A stretch of DNA of 64,000 bases from Felis catus (Eukaryota), in contig NC_058369.1 of assembly GCF_018350175.1 (NCBI RefSeq), positions 15,750,001 to 15,814,000 on the forward strand, written 5' to 3'. The position numbers were made by a program, and so were the translations under genes. The number at the start of each line of letters is the position of its first letter. Position 1 is the first letter of the stretch. Shown here piece after piece: positions 62,615-64,000 of the stretch. The notes beneath the pieces are model-generated. The model saw nothing but the letters and a program-made list of their open reading frames with translations, did not search any database and was not told where the DNA came from.

Positions 62615-64000
62615 TTACAACCACCCACACCTAAAATCTGGGCTGGCCCCAAAGTGGAGAGCATAGTTCAGAATAATCCTTCTTCCCCTTCCCAAACTTC
62701 CCCCAAACCTGCAAAGTATCTCCCACCAAGTTTTCAGGATGCCCCAAACTCCCGGGAGGAAGCATAGCATTCCTTCTGATTGGAGGGCTGATCTCTGAAA
62801 AGTCCTTGTTCCAACACAGTGGGTCATGAAATGGGGGGGGGGGGGGGGGGGGGAAACCTTGGACTTGAAGACAGCCCAGGGGAGAGACAGGGACAGAAAA
62901 CTCGAGAGCCACAGAGCACTCGAGACACATGGGCCTCCTGGATAATTTTGCCTGAGGCCTAAATGGAGCAAATTTCCCACCATCCTGACCCACACAAGGC
63001 TTGTTCCACACTCTATGCCCCATCCTCTTCCTGTATCCCTCCCTTCACCCTGAATCCTAACCCAGATCCCCCACAAGCAGAGGACTTTTAGGAATCTTAT
63101 ATAAAGACCTAGGTAGAAATGAGGGGAACACAGCCAGGAATGAGTCCATACACGCTACTCTTTTATTTGTGCATATGATACAATGACGCTTTCTGTCTTT
63201 ATGATACCAGTCGTAATTCCTATTTGGGGCTGAATCACTGGCAAAGCAAGTACTTTTACACACATGATCTCATGTGTATCTTCATTGTGTGAATAGAGTC
63301 TGTCTTTGTGCTTTTGGCCTTTATACAGCTTTACAGATGAGGACGCGGAGAGTCTGGGAGGCCCGTGGTCACAGTGATTCAGTAAAGGACCTTAGATTTG
63401 GCGTTTGGGTCCAAGGCTCACATCCCAAGGGCCTTCTCAGACAATCTCCTTTGGGATCTGTTCTCCTGGTTTTTCCAGACTCATGGGCCTCTTTGTCCCG
63501 TCACAGGGAGGCTTTACAAATGAAAGCTGTCAGGAGTTCAGCAAACCAGGCGATGTGTGGGCTGATGGGCCATAGGGAAGAGTCATGGGACGCCATTGGG
63601 CAGTGCCTGGTGTTGACCAGAAGGTATAATGTAAGCAAGTGTGGAAAGAAAAAACAGAAGTAGGAAAAAGCCAGAAAGATGCTCTCCTATTCACTTACTC
63701 AACCAACCACAAACATTGCCGGGCGCTGAGGGAGGTTCTAGATCGGCCACACATGGCTTCTGCCCTTGAGGAACTTGCATTCTGGCTGGGGTCATCTGAG
63801 GTCTGGGGCTGCCCTGGGCTTGGAGTTCCTATTCAGAGACCAGCAAGGCTCCTCCCTTCCGGGTTTTGTCCAAGAGAGTGGGGTGGTGGGAATGCTGTGA
63901 AGACATCTCCCCTAGGAACTCCCGTGGATTTTTTTGTGTTCCCGGAGCAGCAGAAGGTCCGCAGCCCTGTGTCCAGGGCAACTTTTATTGACTCTCGTGG

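Noticed and set aside
59600..64000. Neighbouring XCR1 or another GPCR upstream of FYCO1
   Set aside because: No 7TM ORF on either strand in this interval.

Overview
Mammalian genomic DNA, most likely a felid, judging by abundant tRNA-derived carnivore SINEs of the cat type and a carnivore-type L1 3' end. Most of the window is FYCO1 on the minus strand. A CpG-island promoter and non-coding exon 1 lie at ~59.1-59.2 kb. Coding exons 2-14 (47804 down to 16788) have canonical GT-AG sites and consistent phases, total 3815 coding nt, and encode the RUN domain, long coiled coil, FYVE finger and LIR. I did not find the GOLD-domain exons, which presumably lie left of the window. CXCR6 is nested on the plus strand inside the FYCO1 intron after exon 14 (non-coding exon ~6491-6549, single coding exon with CDS 9591-10616). 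The rest is intronic or upstream DNA with SINEs, L1 fragments, MER21 and MLT1 LTRs, MITEs, MIRs and simple repeats. I found no convincing new biological system. The best leads are: strong-Kozak uORFs in the FYCO1 leader; proline substitutions in the exon 8 coiled coil alongside GC-biased drift in nearby repeats; inverted SINE pairs around the RUN exons; a triplicated ZNF143/THAP11-type promoter motif; a ~200 bp local copy of part of an LTR; and several nested retrotransposon insertions. All comparisons to human sequences and repeat consensuses are from memory and need checking by alignment.
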